The position numbers and the translations under genes were made by a program. Under the pieces are notes generated by a model that made no database searches, had not been told where the DNA came from, and saw nothing but the letters and a program-made list of their open reading frames with translations. Shown in pieces: positions 53,207 to 62,500 of a stretch of 64,000 bases of DNA (positions are counted from its first letter, which is position 1; every line of letters begins with the position of its first letter). Origin of the DNA: Chlorobiota bacterium (GTDB taxonomy: Bacteria; Bacteroidota; Ignavibacteria; OLB7); assembly GCA_028287785.1 (NCBI GenBank), contig JAQBOZ010000017.1:72225-136224 (forward strand). The letters are read 5' to 3'.

Positions 53207-53407
53207 AGTTAATCTCCTACTCGATTCGTGTCTGTTGAGGGAAAACGTAACGCACAATGCGTGATCATCGTAACAACTTGCCTGGGCGTTTCTTCGGTTT
53301 AAGTGAGATTGTACAGCTTGGTCAATGCTGCAAAGCTATTGACACGGATTAGATGTGAAACCTTACATGAGCCAGCGCGCTACCGTATTTTTTAAAAAAT
53401 CAGCCGG

Positions 53408-53445
53408 AAAAAAAAGCCGAATAGCGCATATGTACGCATCCGGCT
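53408..53445 (-). terminator. Orphan intrinsic terminator on the minus strand
   Basis: Minus strand AGCCGGAT...ATTCGGCT running into a U8 tract, about 600 nt from the nearest upstream CDS. Confidence 0.7.
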
Positions 53446-53765
53446 CGACCAGCATATATACCAGTGATAGCGAGCCAATTACTTCGACTGTTGCCAGATC
53501 ATCCTCTATCGGGACAAACCCGTAAATCCACAAACCTTAGTGTGCCGATTGCCACTAATCATAAGGTCTGCTGGCTCAGAGTTCAGCGCCGGAGAGTGAT
53601 CGATTTTCCTGAGCAGCGCAGGCCACAGTACAGAGTAATTGGATTATATCAATAGCGTCGTTTTCGTTTTGTTGAGAGGAGCGAGAGTGACGGAAAGACC
53701 CGCGGAATCCGATTGTGTCACACGCCGTCAATTATTTCTCCCGCTCTAGCATACGAACACATCAC
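53408..53765 (-). ncRNA. Candidate structured non-coding RNA, family unknown
   Basis: Nested long-range stems, own terminator, no credible ORF (see findings). Confidence 0.45.
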
Positions 53766-54049
53766 CTTACAAAAAGTTAGCGGTTGGCGTCAGTGGAATA
53801 AAAAAAATGGCGGCGAACGTTTTTCAAACGTGTCAGGCAACGGGCGGTGGAGCTGTTGATGGCAGTTCCGCCAGAGCATCTATTTAGCGGAATGAGCCGC
53901 CGGCCGGTTAAAGAAGGCCATTGCGGCGCATATTGTCGAGCGTTCTAAATACTCCGGCGCAACTATTACCGTGACGATTTTGCACGGTAAACGATATTGG
54001 CGAATTTCGGGCGTTTACCGGAAATTCGTCGCGCAATGTCGGTGCAAAT

Positions 54050-54976
54050 CTACGCCCCGAGCAGATCGCGAAGCGCTTCCGGGAGTTTTGGAAAACGGAA
54101 ACGATAGCCGAGTTTCTCCGTCCGCTCGGGAATCGCGTGCTGTCCCTCCGTCAGGATGATGGCTCCCTCGCCGAAGATCAGGCTCAACGCGAATCCGGGG
54201 ACGGGGAAAAATGATGGGCGATGGAGTGCCGAGCCAAGCGCGGAGGAGAATTCCCTGTTCCTGACGATGCCGGGAGCCGTTCCATTGACCGCCCCGGTGA
54301 TGCCGGTGTTATCGAGCGCCCAGAGGAACATCTCCACTTCATCGGTGATATGGATCCATGGAAACCACTGGCGACCGGAGGCGATCGGGCCGCCAACGAA
54401 GAGCCGGAACGTCGGGGCCATCTTCGCCAGCGCTCCATCGCCGGGATCGAGCACGATGCCGGTCCGTATCAGCACCACGCGAACGCCCAGCTTCTCCGCT
54501 TCGAGCGCCTCCGCCTCCCACGCGCGGCAGACATCCGCCAGAAAATCCTTCCCCGGCCCCGATTCCTCCGTGAAGACACGATCGTTCGATGTGCCGTAAT
54601 AGCCAACGGCGCTGGCGCTGATCAGGGCCGCCGGCTTCCGCGCCGCGCGCGCGATTGCCGCCACCACGTTGCGCGTGCCGTCAACCCGGCTCTCGCGGAT
54701 TCTCTTCTTCTGCTCGTCGCTCCAGCGGGTTGCCACCGGGGAGCCGGCCAGATGGATCACCGCGTCCGCGCCATCGATCGCCGCCGTCCACGGGCCGTCG
54801 GCCATGGAGCTGGACCAGGCAAGATAGTCGGCTGCTCCGGGGGCCAGCCGCCGCCCGCGCTCAACATCGCGCACCAGCGCCGTCACCCGGTCGCCCCGTT
54901 TGCTCAATCGCTCTATGATCTTCCTGCCGATCAACCCGGTTGCCCCGGTCACGATGATATGTTTGTTCTCCGCCAT
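54050..54976 (-). CDS. TIGR01777 family NAD-dependent epimerase/oxidoreductase (YfcH-like)
   Basis: VTGATGLIG, IHLAG, SASAVGYYG, CRAWE, RTGIVL, PWIHITD. Confidence 0.92.
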   Translation of the reverse strand: MAENKHIIVTGATGLIGRKIIERLSKRGDRVTALVRDVERGRRLAPGAADYLAWSSSMADGPWTAAIDGADAVIHLAGSPVATRWSDEQKKRIRESRVDGTRNVVAAIARAARKPAALISASAVGYYGTSNDRVFTEESGPGKDFLADVCRAWEAEALEAEKLGVRVVLIRTGIVLDPGDGALAKMAPTFRLFVGGPIASGRQWFPWIHITDEVEMFLWALDNTGITGAVNGTAPGIVRNREFSSALGSALHRPSFFPVPGFALSLIFGEGAIILTEGQHAIPERTEKLGYRFRFPKLPEALRDLLGA

Positions 54977-55111
54977 CGCGTTGCTCCTGGTAAGTTTGTT
55001 GCAGGAATATAACCCACGGCGGCGGGAGAAGATTCCCTGAACCATGCATGGCTTCATTCTCTCCCGCGGCCCGGCGTATATTGGGATGCACAACAGCGGA
55101 CAAAAAATCAC

Positions 55112-56206
55112 GTGGCAGACAGCTCAAGAAAAAGCGGCAAGCACAACAGGCTCAGGCGTACGCGAAAGGATTGGATCAAGGGCAATCGCGAGCGGGCACA
55201 GCGGATAGACCCGGACAACGAATCGATTGTCCACGGGCGGGAGAAGATGCGTCCGAAAGGGATCACGATCGACGCGATGGGGGATCTGGAGGGGCTTCCG
55301 CGGGGCCAGGTGGTGGAGGCGGAGAGCGGTCGTCACGACGTGAAGCTGGAGGCGGGTGAGCTTCTCTCATGCCAGATCAAGCGGGGCGCATCCACGGAGA
55401 ACGAGCAGTCCACGCTGGTCGTGGTCGGGGATTTTGTCAGGGTGCAGCCGCTGGAGGATGGGCGTGGGCTGATCCATCATGTCGAGGAGCGGAAGACCTG
55501 GCTGGGCCGGAACGCGGCCGGGGAGAAGGGGATGGAGCATGTGCTGGCCTCGAACATCGATCTTCTTCTCTGCATAGCGGCGGCCGACCGTCCCGATTTC
55601 CGCAGGACGATCATCGATCGCTATATCGTTGCCGCCCTGCTTGGCGGGGTGACCCCGGCGGTCGTGGTCAACAAGAGCGATCTGATCGAAGGGGAACTGG
55701 AGGAGCTGATACGGGAGGATGTGGAGGTGTACGGGAACATCGGCTACCGGACGCTGTTTACGAGCGCGGAGACCGGCGATGGGATCGATGAATTGAGAGA
55801 TGTGCTGAAGGGAAAAACGGCGGTGCTGATCGGGCAGTCGGGGGCGGGGAAATCATCGCTGGCGAACGCGATCCTGGGGTACGATCTGCGTCGCACCGGC
55901 GAGGTTCGGGAGAAGGACCGACGCGGAATGCACACCACCATCAGCTCCGTCATGCTGGAGATCCCCGGCGGCGGCTATCTGATCGACACGCCCGGCCTGC
56001 GGGAGTTCGGCATATGGGATCTGGAGCCGGAGGAGCTGGATGCTTATTTCGTGGAGTTTCTGGATCATCTGCGGGAGTGCAGATTTCTCCCCTGCACCCA
56101 CACGCACGAGCCGGGATGCGCCGTGATCGCTGCCGTTGAGAGCGGCGATATCGATGAAGGTCGCTATCAGAGCTATCTGGCGATCTTCGAATCACTGAAA
56201 CGATAG
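55112..56206 (+). CDS. rsgA: Ribosome small subunit-dependent GTPase A
   Basis: NKSD, GQSGAGKSS, GMHTT, DTPG and CRFLPCTHTHEPGCAV zinc finger. Confidence 0.95.
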   Translation: MADSSRKSGKHNRLRRTRKDWIKGNRERAQRIDPDNESIVHGREKMRPKGITIDAMGDLEGLPRGQVVEAESGRHDVKLEAGELLSCQIKRGASTENEQSTLVVVGDFVRVQPLEDGRGLIHHVEERKTWLGRNAAGEKGMEHVLASNIDLLLCIAAADRPDFRRTIIDRYIVAALLGGVTPAVVVNKSDLIEGELEELIREDVEVYGNIGYRTLFTSAETGDGIDELRDVLKGKTAVLIGQSGAGKSSLANAILGYDLRRTGEVREKDRRGMHTTISSVMLEIPGGGYLIDTPGLREFGIWDLEPEELDAYFVEFLDHLRECRFLPCTHTHEPGCAVIAAVESGDIDEGRYQSYLAIFESLKR

Positions 56207-56219
56207 TGTCTGTACGTTG

Positions 56220-56248
56220 GTCGGGGCGGGTTTCAAACCCGCCCCGAC
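56220..56248. repeat. REP-like 29-bp perfect palindrome
   Basis: GTCGGGGCGGGTTT-C-AAACCCGCCCCGAC between convergent genes. Confidence 0.7.
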
Positions 56249-56272
56249 GATTCGACGCTTCTCGACATCGAT

Positions 56273-57949
56273 CTATCGTCCTCCGCGCGAACGCTTCAGC
56301 AACCGCGGCAGCTCAAACGCCGCTGCCCGTCCTTTCTGCTTCTGCGCGCCGGGATCGTCCGGCGGGGTCACCGGCTCCTCGATCAGCAGCGGCAGGCGCA
56401 CGATAAAGGTGCTTCCCTGTCCCGGTTCGCTTTCCACCGCGATGGTGCCGCCATGAATCTGCACGATCCACTGTACAATCGACAATCCCAGCCCCGCGCC
56501 TCCAAGCTCCCGGCTCCGCGCCTTGTCCACCCGATAAAATCTGTCGAATATCTTCTTCCGATGCTCCGGGTTGATGCCGATGCCGGTATCCCGCACCCGT
56601 ATCTCCGCGAACTCCCCATCCGGGTGGACCGCGATGGAGATCATCCCTCCCTCCGGCGTGTACTTGATGGCGTTGTCCACCAGGTTCAGGAACATCTGAT
56701 AGAGCTTGGCCCGGTCGGCCTCGATAAAGAGAGCCTGGCTGTGCCTGAAGGAGATGTAGATGTTCTTCTGCGTCCCGAGGATCGTGGCGGCGTCCGCGAC
56801 CTCCTCCAGCGTCTCGGTCAGGTCGGTCGGCTCCTTGATCAGGGATATCTGCCCCATGTCCGTGCGGGAGAGGAGGAGGAGCGATTCCACCACATGGGAG
56901 AGCCGCAGCACCTCCTGAAGGGCGCTGGAGAGGACATCCTGATAATCCTCCGGCGATTTTCTGGTCCGCAACGCCAGCTCCAGCTCGCCGGTCAGGATCG
57001 TCAGTGGCGTCCGCAGCTCATGCGATGCATCGGCGGTGAACTGGCGTATCCGTTCAAACGAGCTTTCCAGGCGGGAGATCATGTCATTGAGCGTCTCGGA
57101 AAGTCGGCCTATCTCATCGTTGCTCTTCGGGATGGGGAGGCGGCGGGAGAGATTGGATGCCGTGATATCCTGCGCCGTGCGGGTGATCTCATCGACGGGA
57201 TGGAGCGTGGTCTTGGCGAGAAACCATCCCCCCACCATCGAGAGGAGGAGCACCGCCGGGGCAAGAAGGATAAGCGTGGAGAAGAACTGATCGAGCAGCG
57301 ACTGAACCTCATCCACCTGATAGCCGGCCACGATATACGCGGATCGGGAGCGCGCCAGGGCAATTCTCAGCCGTTGCGTCCCATCCTTCCCGCGGATCGG
57401 CTGATCCACCGAGATAAACTGCACCGTGGAATCCTGCGCCGTGGTGATAAAGCTCCCAGGCAGATGGAGCGAGTCCTTCCCGAGATTATCCGAACGGTAG
57501 ACGATGGTGCCGTTGGTATCCATCACCTGGATCATGAAGTTCCGGGGGTTCAGGATGATATGCTCGTAGATCGCCGTCCAGACCGCATCGACCTTCTGAT
57601 CCTGCTTCTGCGCGGCAAGCTCGGTCTTGAGCGGCTTGATGGCGGTCTTGATCGTGGAGTCGGCGGCGAGGGAGTCCTTGCTCAGGAAGGCGAGATCGTT
57701 GCTCTTCGAGCCCTTCTTATGCGGCACCGGCGGTGGCGGAGCAGGCTTTTCTCCGGCCTCCTTTGTCTGCTCGGCGCGTTTGCGGATGATCACGTCGAGC
57801 GAGGAGATGACATTTTTCAGCGAGACATCCAGGTTGGATGTCAGCTCATTGGAAACCGACCCGTAGGTGAGCACGCTGAAGACCGCGAGGGAGATCGCCA
57901 TCACCAGGCAGAACCAGAGCGTAAGGCGGGCACGGAGGGATAGATTCAC
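56273..57949 (-). CDS. HAMP-domain sensor histidine kinase (CusS/BaeS-like)
   Basis: Two TM helices, HAMP (DEIGRL), ASHELRTPLT, NLVDNAIKY, DTGIGI, GAGLGLSI; GTG start overlaps the regulator stop. Confidence 0.93.
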   Translation of the reverse strand: MNLSLRARLTLWFCLVMAISLAVFSVLTYGSVSNELTSNLDVSLKNVISSLDVIIRKRAEQTKEAGEKPAPPPPVPHKKGSKSNDLAFLSKDSLAADSTIKTAIKPLKTELAAQKQDQKVDAVWTAIYEHIILNPRNFMIQVMDTNGTIVYRSDNLGKDSLHLPGSFITTAQDSTVQFISVDQPIRGKDGTQRLRIALARSRSAYIVAGYQVDEVQSLLDQFFSTLILLAPAVLLLSMVGGWFLAKTTLHPVDEITRTAQDITASNLSRRLPIPKSNDEIGRLSETLNDMISRLESSFERIRQFTADASHELRTPLTILTGELELALRTRKSPEDYQDVLSSALQEVLRLSHVVESLLLLSRTDMGQISLIKEPTDLTETLEEVADAATILGTQKNIYISFRHSQALFIEADRAKLYQMFLNLVDNAIKYTPEGGMISIAVHPDGEFAEIRVRDTGIGINPEHRKKIFDRFYRVDKARSRELGGAGLGLSIVQWIVQIHGGTIAVESEPGQGSTFIVRLPLLIEEPVTPPDDPGAQKQKGRAAAFELPRLLKRSRGGR

Positions 57950-58638
57950 TCTTTTTCCTCCTCGGGAACTCCTTCGCGCATCACATAGCCGACGCCGCGA
58001 ATCGAGTGGATCAGCCGCGAACCGCCATCCACCTCGACCTTGTTCCTGAGGCGATTGATATACACATCCACCAGATTGGAATCCACCGCGAAGTTGTAGT
58101 TCCAGACATGCTGCGTGATCACCGAGCGGCTGAGCACGCGATCGGCATTCCGCATCAGATATTCCAGCAGCGCGTACTCCCGCGTGGTCAGCTCGATCTC
58201 CGTGTTGACGCGCTTTGCCTTCCGGGTGATCGAATCGAGATAGAGATCCCCCACCTTCAACTGATTCGATTTTTCGACGGAGCGGCGGCGGAGCATCGAG
58301 CGGATTCTGGCGGTCAGCTCCTCGAAATGGAACGGCTTCGCCAGATAGTCGTCGGCGCCGGAATCCAGCCCGGTGATCTTGTCCTGAATCGTCCCCTTGG
58401 CCGTTAGGATCAGCACCGGCGTGGTCATGCCGCGGGCGCGGAACTCCCGCAACAGCGAGATGCCGTCGCGCTTCGGCATCATCAGGTCCAGCACGATGCC
58501 GTCGAATTCTCCCGTGAGCGCCTTCTCCAGCCCCTGCTCGCCATCGTAGGCGCAATCCACATCGTAATGTTCCTCACGCAGACCCTGCATGATGAAGTTC
58601 GCCACCTTCTTTTCATCCTCGATTACAAGAAGCTTCAT
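57946..58638 (-). CDS. OmpR-family response regulator
   Basis: MKLLVIEDE, LDLMMP, LTAK, GADDYLAKPF, winged helix (LIHSIRGVGY). Confidence 0.95.
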   Translation of the reverse strand: MKLLVIEDEKKVANFIMQGLREEHYDVDCAYDGEQGLEKALTGEFDGIVLDLMMPKRDGISLLREFRARGMTTPVLILTAKGTIQDKITGLDSGADDYLAKPFHFEELTARIRSMLRRRSVEKSNQLKVGDLYLDSITRKAKRVNTEIELTTREYALLEYLMRNADRVLSRSVITQHVWNYNFAVDSNLVDVYINRLRNKVEVDGGSRLIHSIRGVGYVMREGVPEEEKE

Positions 58639-58753
58639 AACACCAAAATCCTGTGTACTCGAACAAATGCTCTCCGCCATCGGACCATGCTGAATGCCGG
58701 ACACAGGGGAGAGAAGTGGAAAAATACAGAATGGGACGACGCAAATGGCCGGA

Positions 58754-58855
58754 ATTCATTTGAAATGAATGCGGGCATCTGAATGCGCGTGTTTGAAACG
58801 AATGCATGCATCTGAACACGCGCATGTGCAGATGTCGGAGTTCGTTTCAAACGAA
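58754..58855. repeat. Direct plus inverted repeat cluster in a divergent promoter region
   Basis: 33-bp imperfect tandem units at 58759 and 58792 (TTTGAAAYGAATGC..GCATCTGAA) plus an inverted partial copy ending near 58855. Confidence 0.75.
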
Positions 58856-58997
58856 GCCCTCCCCCGGACACGATCAACGGGAGATACCGCATGGCACGCT
58901 ATTCGTGACGGACTGAGCAACTACTTCTGCCGGTATAATGCCCCGGTAGTCCGGAATCGGGTGCCGGCGATTCATCAGTTGTGAAGGAATCGACCTT

Positions 58998-59564
58998 ATG
59001 GGACGTTGTTCAGGGATCACACATCGCGGAGGATGGCTGGCGGCGCTGCTGCTGCTGCTCTGCGGAAGCGTTCTGACCGCGCAGGTGCGGACGCTGAATC
59101 TTCGCGAGATGGTCGGCTCGGCCGGGACCATCTTCATCGGCTCCGTCGCCGGGGTTTCCTCGGGATCGGATGAACATGGCGATATCGTCACCTACACCAC
59201 ATTCCGGGTGGAACAGCCCATCTACGGCGGCGCCGCCGGAACCGTCACCGTCAAACAGCTTGGCGGGGCCTCCGGCGGGCTCTCCACAAGGCTCGAACAT
59301 ATGCGCTACTTCCGCACCGGCGAGCGTGTGCTGGTGGCCTTCTATCCCATCAGCTCCCTTGGCTTCACCAGCCCCATCGGGCTTTATCAGGCCGTCTGGA
59401 ACGTCACGTCGGACGGGCAGGTGCTGGGGGTGGGGGATACATCGCTTGGGGGACTGGACGCGCTGCTCAGGCGATATCACCTGGACCGCAACGGCGGCAC
59501 GGTGGCGGCTTCCACGTTCGTTTCGATGATCGATGATCTTCTCAGGGAGGCGGGAAAATTATGA
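58998..59564 (+). CDS. Secreted hypothetical protein, OB-fold/NTR-TIMP-like
   Basis: Signal peptide; L.EMV..A..IFIG.V, IVTYTTFRVEQ...G, VTVKQLGG and F..GERVLV.F pattern; stop overlaps the protease ATG. Confidence 0.65.
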   Translation: MGRCSGITHRGGWLAALLLLLCGSVLTAQVRTLNLREMVGSAGTIFIGSVAGVSSGSDEHGDIVTYTTFRVEQPIYGGAAGTVTVKQLGGASGGLSTRLEHMRYFRTGERVLVAFYPISSLGFTSPIGLYQAVWNVTSDGQVLGVGDTSLGGLDALLRRYHLDRNGGTVAASTFVSMIDDLLREAGKL

Positions 59565-62500
59565 GAACGATCACAATGATTCTTGCCGCGGCGATTATCG
59601 CCCTGACGGCGCTTCCGACGCATGCGGGGGGGCCGCTGACCGCCAACGGGACCACGGCGCGGAGATATCCCGCCGGCTCCATTCCCATCTCCTTCAAGAC
59701 CGATCAGGGGGCGCTCGGCTCCTTCTCCAACGGCACGGCAACCGGGATCGCGGTCTACGCGTTCCAGCAGTGGGATAACGTGGTCACTGCCGCTCTCTCC
59801 TTCAACAACGCGGGGCAGCTCCCGCGTGATGTCACCACCGCCGCCGATGCGTTTATCTCCGGCGCCGGACAGTTCAGCGATGGCGTCAACCCGGTGGTGT
59901 TCGACAACGACGGCTCCATCACCGACGCCAAGCTGGGGGTGGGGGCCAGGAACTCCGTGCTCGGCTTCGCCAGCTCCGCCTACGCCGGGAACAACTATGT
60001 GGAGGGATACGCCATCATCAACGGCTTCCTGAGCGGCGCCGGGGGCGTTGCGGAACAGGATGAGTACAAGGCGACGATCACCCATGAGATCGGGCATTTT
60101 CTCGGGCTGGGACACTCGCAGGTTTCCATGCACGCCGATTACGCCACGATGTATCCAGTCATCGAGAAGACCGCGCAGAAAACCCTTTCACCCGACGATC
60201 AGGCTGCCATCTCCATTCTCTATCCGGCCGCGGGGTATACCGCCACGGTCGGCGGCATCACCGGAACGGTGCGGCGGCTTCCCAACACCTCCCTGAGCGG
60301 CGTGAATGTGATCGCCGAGGACTCCGCGACGGGCGCGGCCTACAGCACCGTGGTCGATTACTTCTCCGGCGGGAAATCGGGGTTTGACAACGCTCCTGCG
60401 GCAACCGGCACCTACACATTCACGGGGCTGCCGCCGGGGAGATACTTCGTCAGGATCGAGCCGGTCACGGCAACCTTTACCGGCGGTTCGTCGGTCGCCA
60501 GCTACGATACGCCGGCCAACATGAATATCGATCGCGAATGGTACAACGGCACGGCGGAGAACGGGGATATGCTCCTCGACAACGTCAACGAGAAGACGGG
60601 CGTGGTGGTGGCCGCCGGCGCCACGACATCCAACATCAGCTTCCTCGAAAACGAGTCCATCACGATCAGCTCCCTGGTCTATCACGACGGCACTCCCTAT
60701 TATCTCTTCGATCTGCCGCAGGCGGGGATCAGCCGCTATGCCGTGCGGTTTACGGCTCCCGGCACCGGATCGCTGGTGGGGGTGAAGTTCAAGCTGGGCG
60801 CCGGCTCGGTGCTGCCGCTCAACGGCACGCTTACCGTCACGGTCCACGCCAACGCGCCGGGGAGCGTGGCGGGGGTGCCGGGGACGGCGCTCGGATCGGT
60901 GACGATCCCGTACAGCGATATCGCCGCCGATCAGAACGTGGAGGTCTACCTGCGCGGCATAGGGTTGCCGATAAACTTCCCGGCCGGAACCAACTTCCAC
61001 GTCTCGCTCTCCACGAACGGCGTCGGCACGCTTGAGCTTTTTACCGATAACGGGAGCACGACGCAGAACCGGACATCGTACTACAACGGCACCGTCTGGC
61101 GGAATTTCCCGGAGGGGGGCTATCAGGCGGGATATAATCTCGTGATGTCCGCGGTCTACTCCTCCTCCATCGCCGGCACGCCGCAGCCCGCTCTCTCGGC
61201 CACGCCCACGTCGCTCCAGTTCGGACGGGTCAGGCCGGGGAACAGCATCACCAGGACAGTTACCGTGACCAACACCGGCACCGGCCTGCTGACGGTGAAC
61301 ACGACGCCGATCCTCGGGCGTGACAGCCTCGATTATTCGGTCACGGCGGGGAAGGGGCCGTTCACGGTGGACCCGGGATTGTCGCACGATATCAGCGTGC
61401 GGTTCACCCCGCGGGACGCGGGGGGAGTGGAGGACGGGACGAAGTCGGCGATGATGGCGATCGTCAGCAACGCGGCGACATCCCCCGATAATGTCCCGCT
61501 CAGCGGTCGCGCGGTCGCGCCGCTCGTCATGAAGGTGACATCGGCCGTGGACTTCGGTTCGCGACGGGTTGGGGGCACCTATATCATCGATACGGTCCTG
61601 TTCAGGAACGCCGGCAACGATACGCTTCACGTCACCGGCGTAACCGCCCTCGGCCCGGATGACGGCAGCGGCCTCCGGCTGCTGAACGGCAGTGGTGCCA
61701 CCATTGTCCCACCGGATTCCAGCTTCCGTGCCCGCATCCAGTTTACGCCGACGGAACGGCGCATATATACGCTCAACCTCCGCATCGTCCACGACGACCC
61801 GAAGAACACCCCGACCGATATCACGATCGCCGGCCGCGGCGTGGCGGCCATCATCTCCACGGCGGGGACCTTCTCGGTGGGCAGGGCCCGCGTGGGAACC
61901 ACCATCGACGCGCCGCCGCTCTTTGTGCGGAACAGCGGGGATATTCCGGTGAGGATCACATCGCTCACGATAAGCGGCGCCAACGCGACGGAGTTCATTG
62001 TTCTTTCACCGGTGCCGCCGGTGACGCTGGCTCCCGGCGATTCTCTTCCGATCCGCTTCCGGTTCCATCCGATGGCAATCGGAATTCGCGTGGCGACGCT
62101 CCAGGTGGGGGCGGATTCGCTGGCGCCGATCAGTATCCAGCTCAATGGCGAGGGGATACAGGGGGCGCTCTCCTTCCGTTCGGCGGCCGTCGATTTCGGC
62201 GATGTTCCTCTGGCATCCAACGGCGAGCGTGATATCGCCGTGGTGAACTCCGGCACCGATACGGCAACCATCAGCTCGGCCGATGTCACGGGGTCCGGGT
62301 TCTCGCTCGTGACGCAGTCGCTCGCGGGACGGAAGCTCCTTCCGGGGGATAGCGTCATCGTCCGTGTCCGATTTGCGCCGACGGTTGCGGGCACTTCATC
62401 GGGGAGCCTCCGCATCGCCAGCAACGGCTCCGATCCGCTGATCGTCGCTTCGCTCTCCGGCCGGGGAACGGCGGCGGGGCTTACGCTCAACCGCACCCGC

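Noticed and set aside
53689..53701. GACGGAAAGACCC matches a conserved 23S rRNA peptidyl-transferase segment
   Set aside because: Only 13 nt and the flanks diverge; such a match is expected by chance, so it is not an rRNA fragment
57950..58555. Track N-terminal extensions (histidine kinase from 58555, apbC from 19188, M16 from 352)
   Set aside because: They overlap neighbouring genes or terminators; internal starts with stop/start overlap or an RBS fit better
58759..58855. GTTTGAAAC / GTTTCAAAC words resembling CRISPR repeat ends
   Set aside because: Only two tandem units and one inverted copy, no unique spacers of regular length and no cas genes
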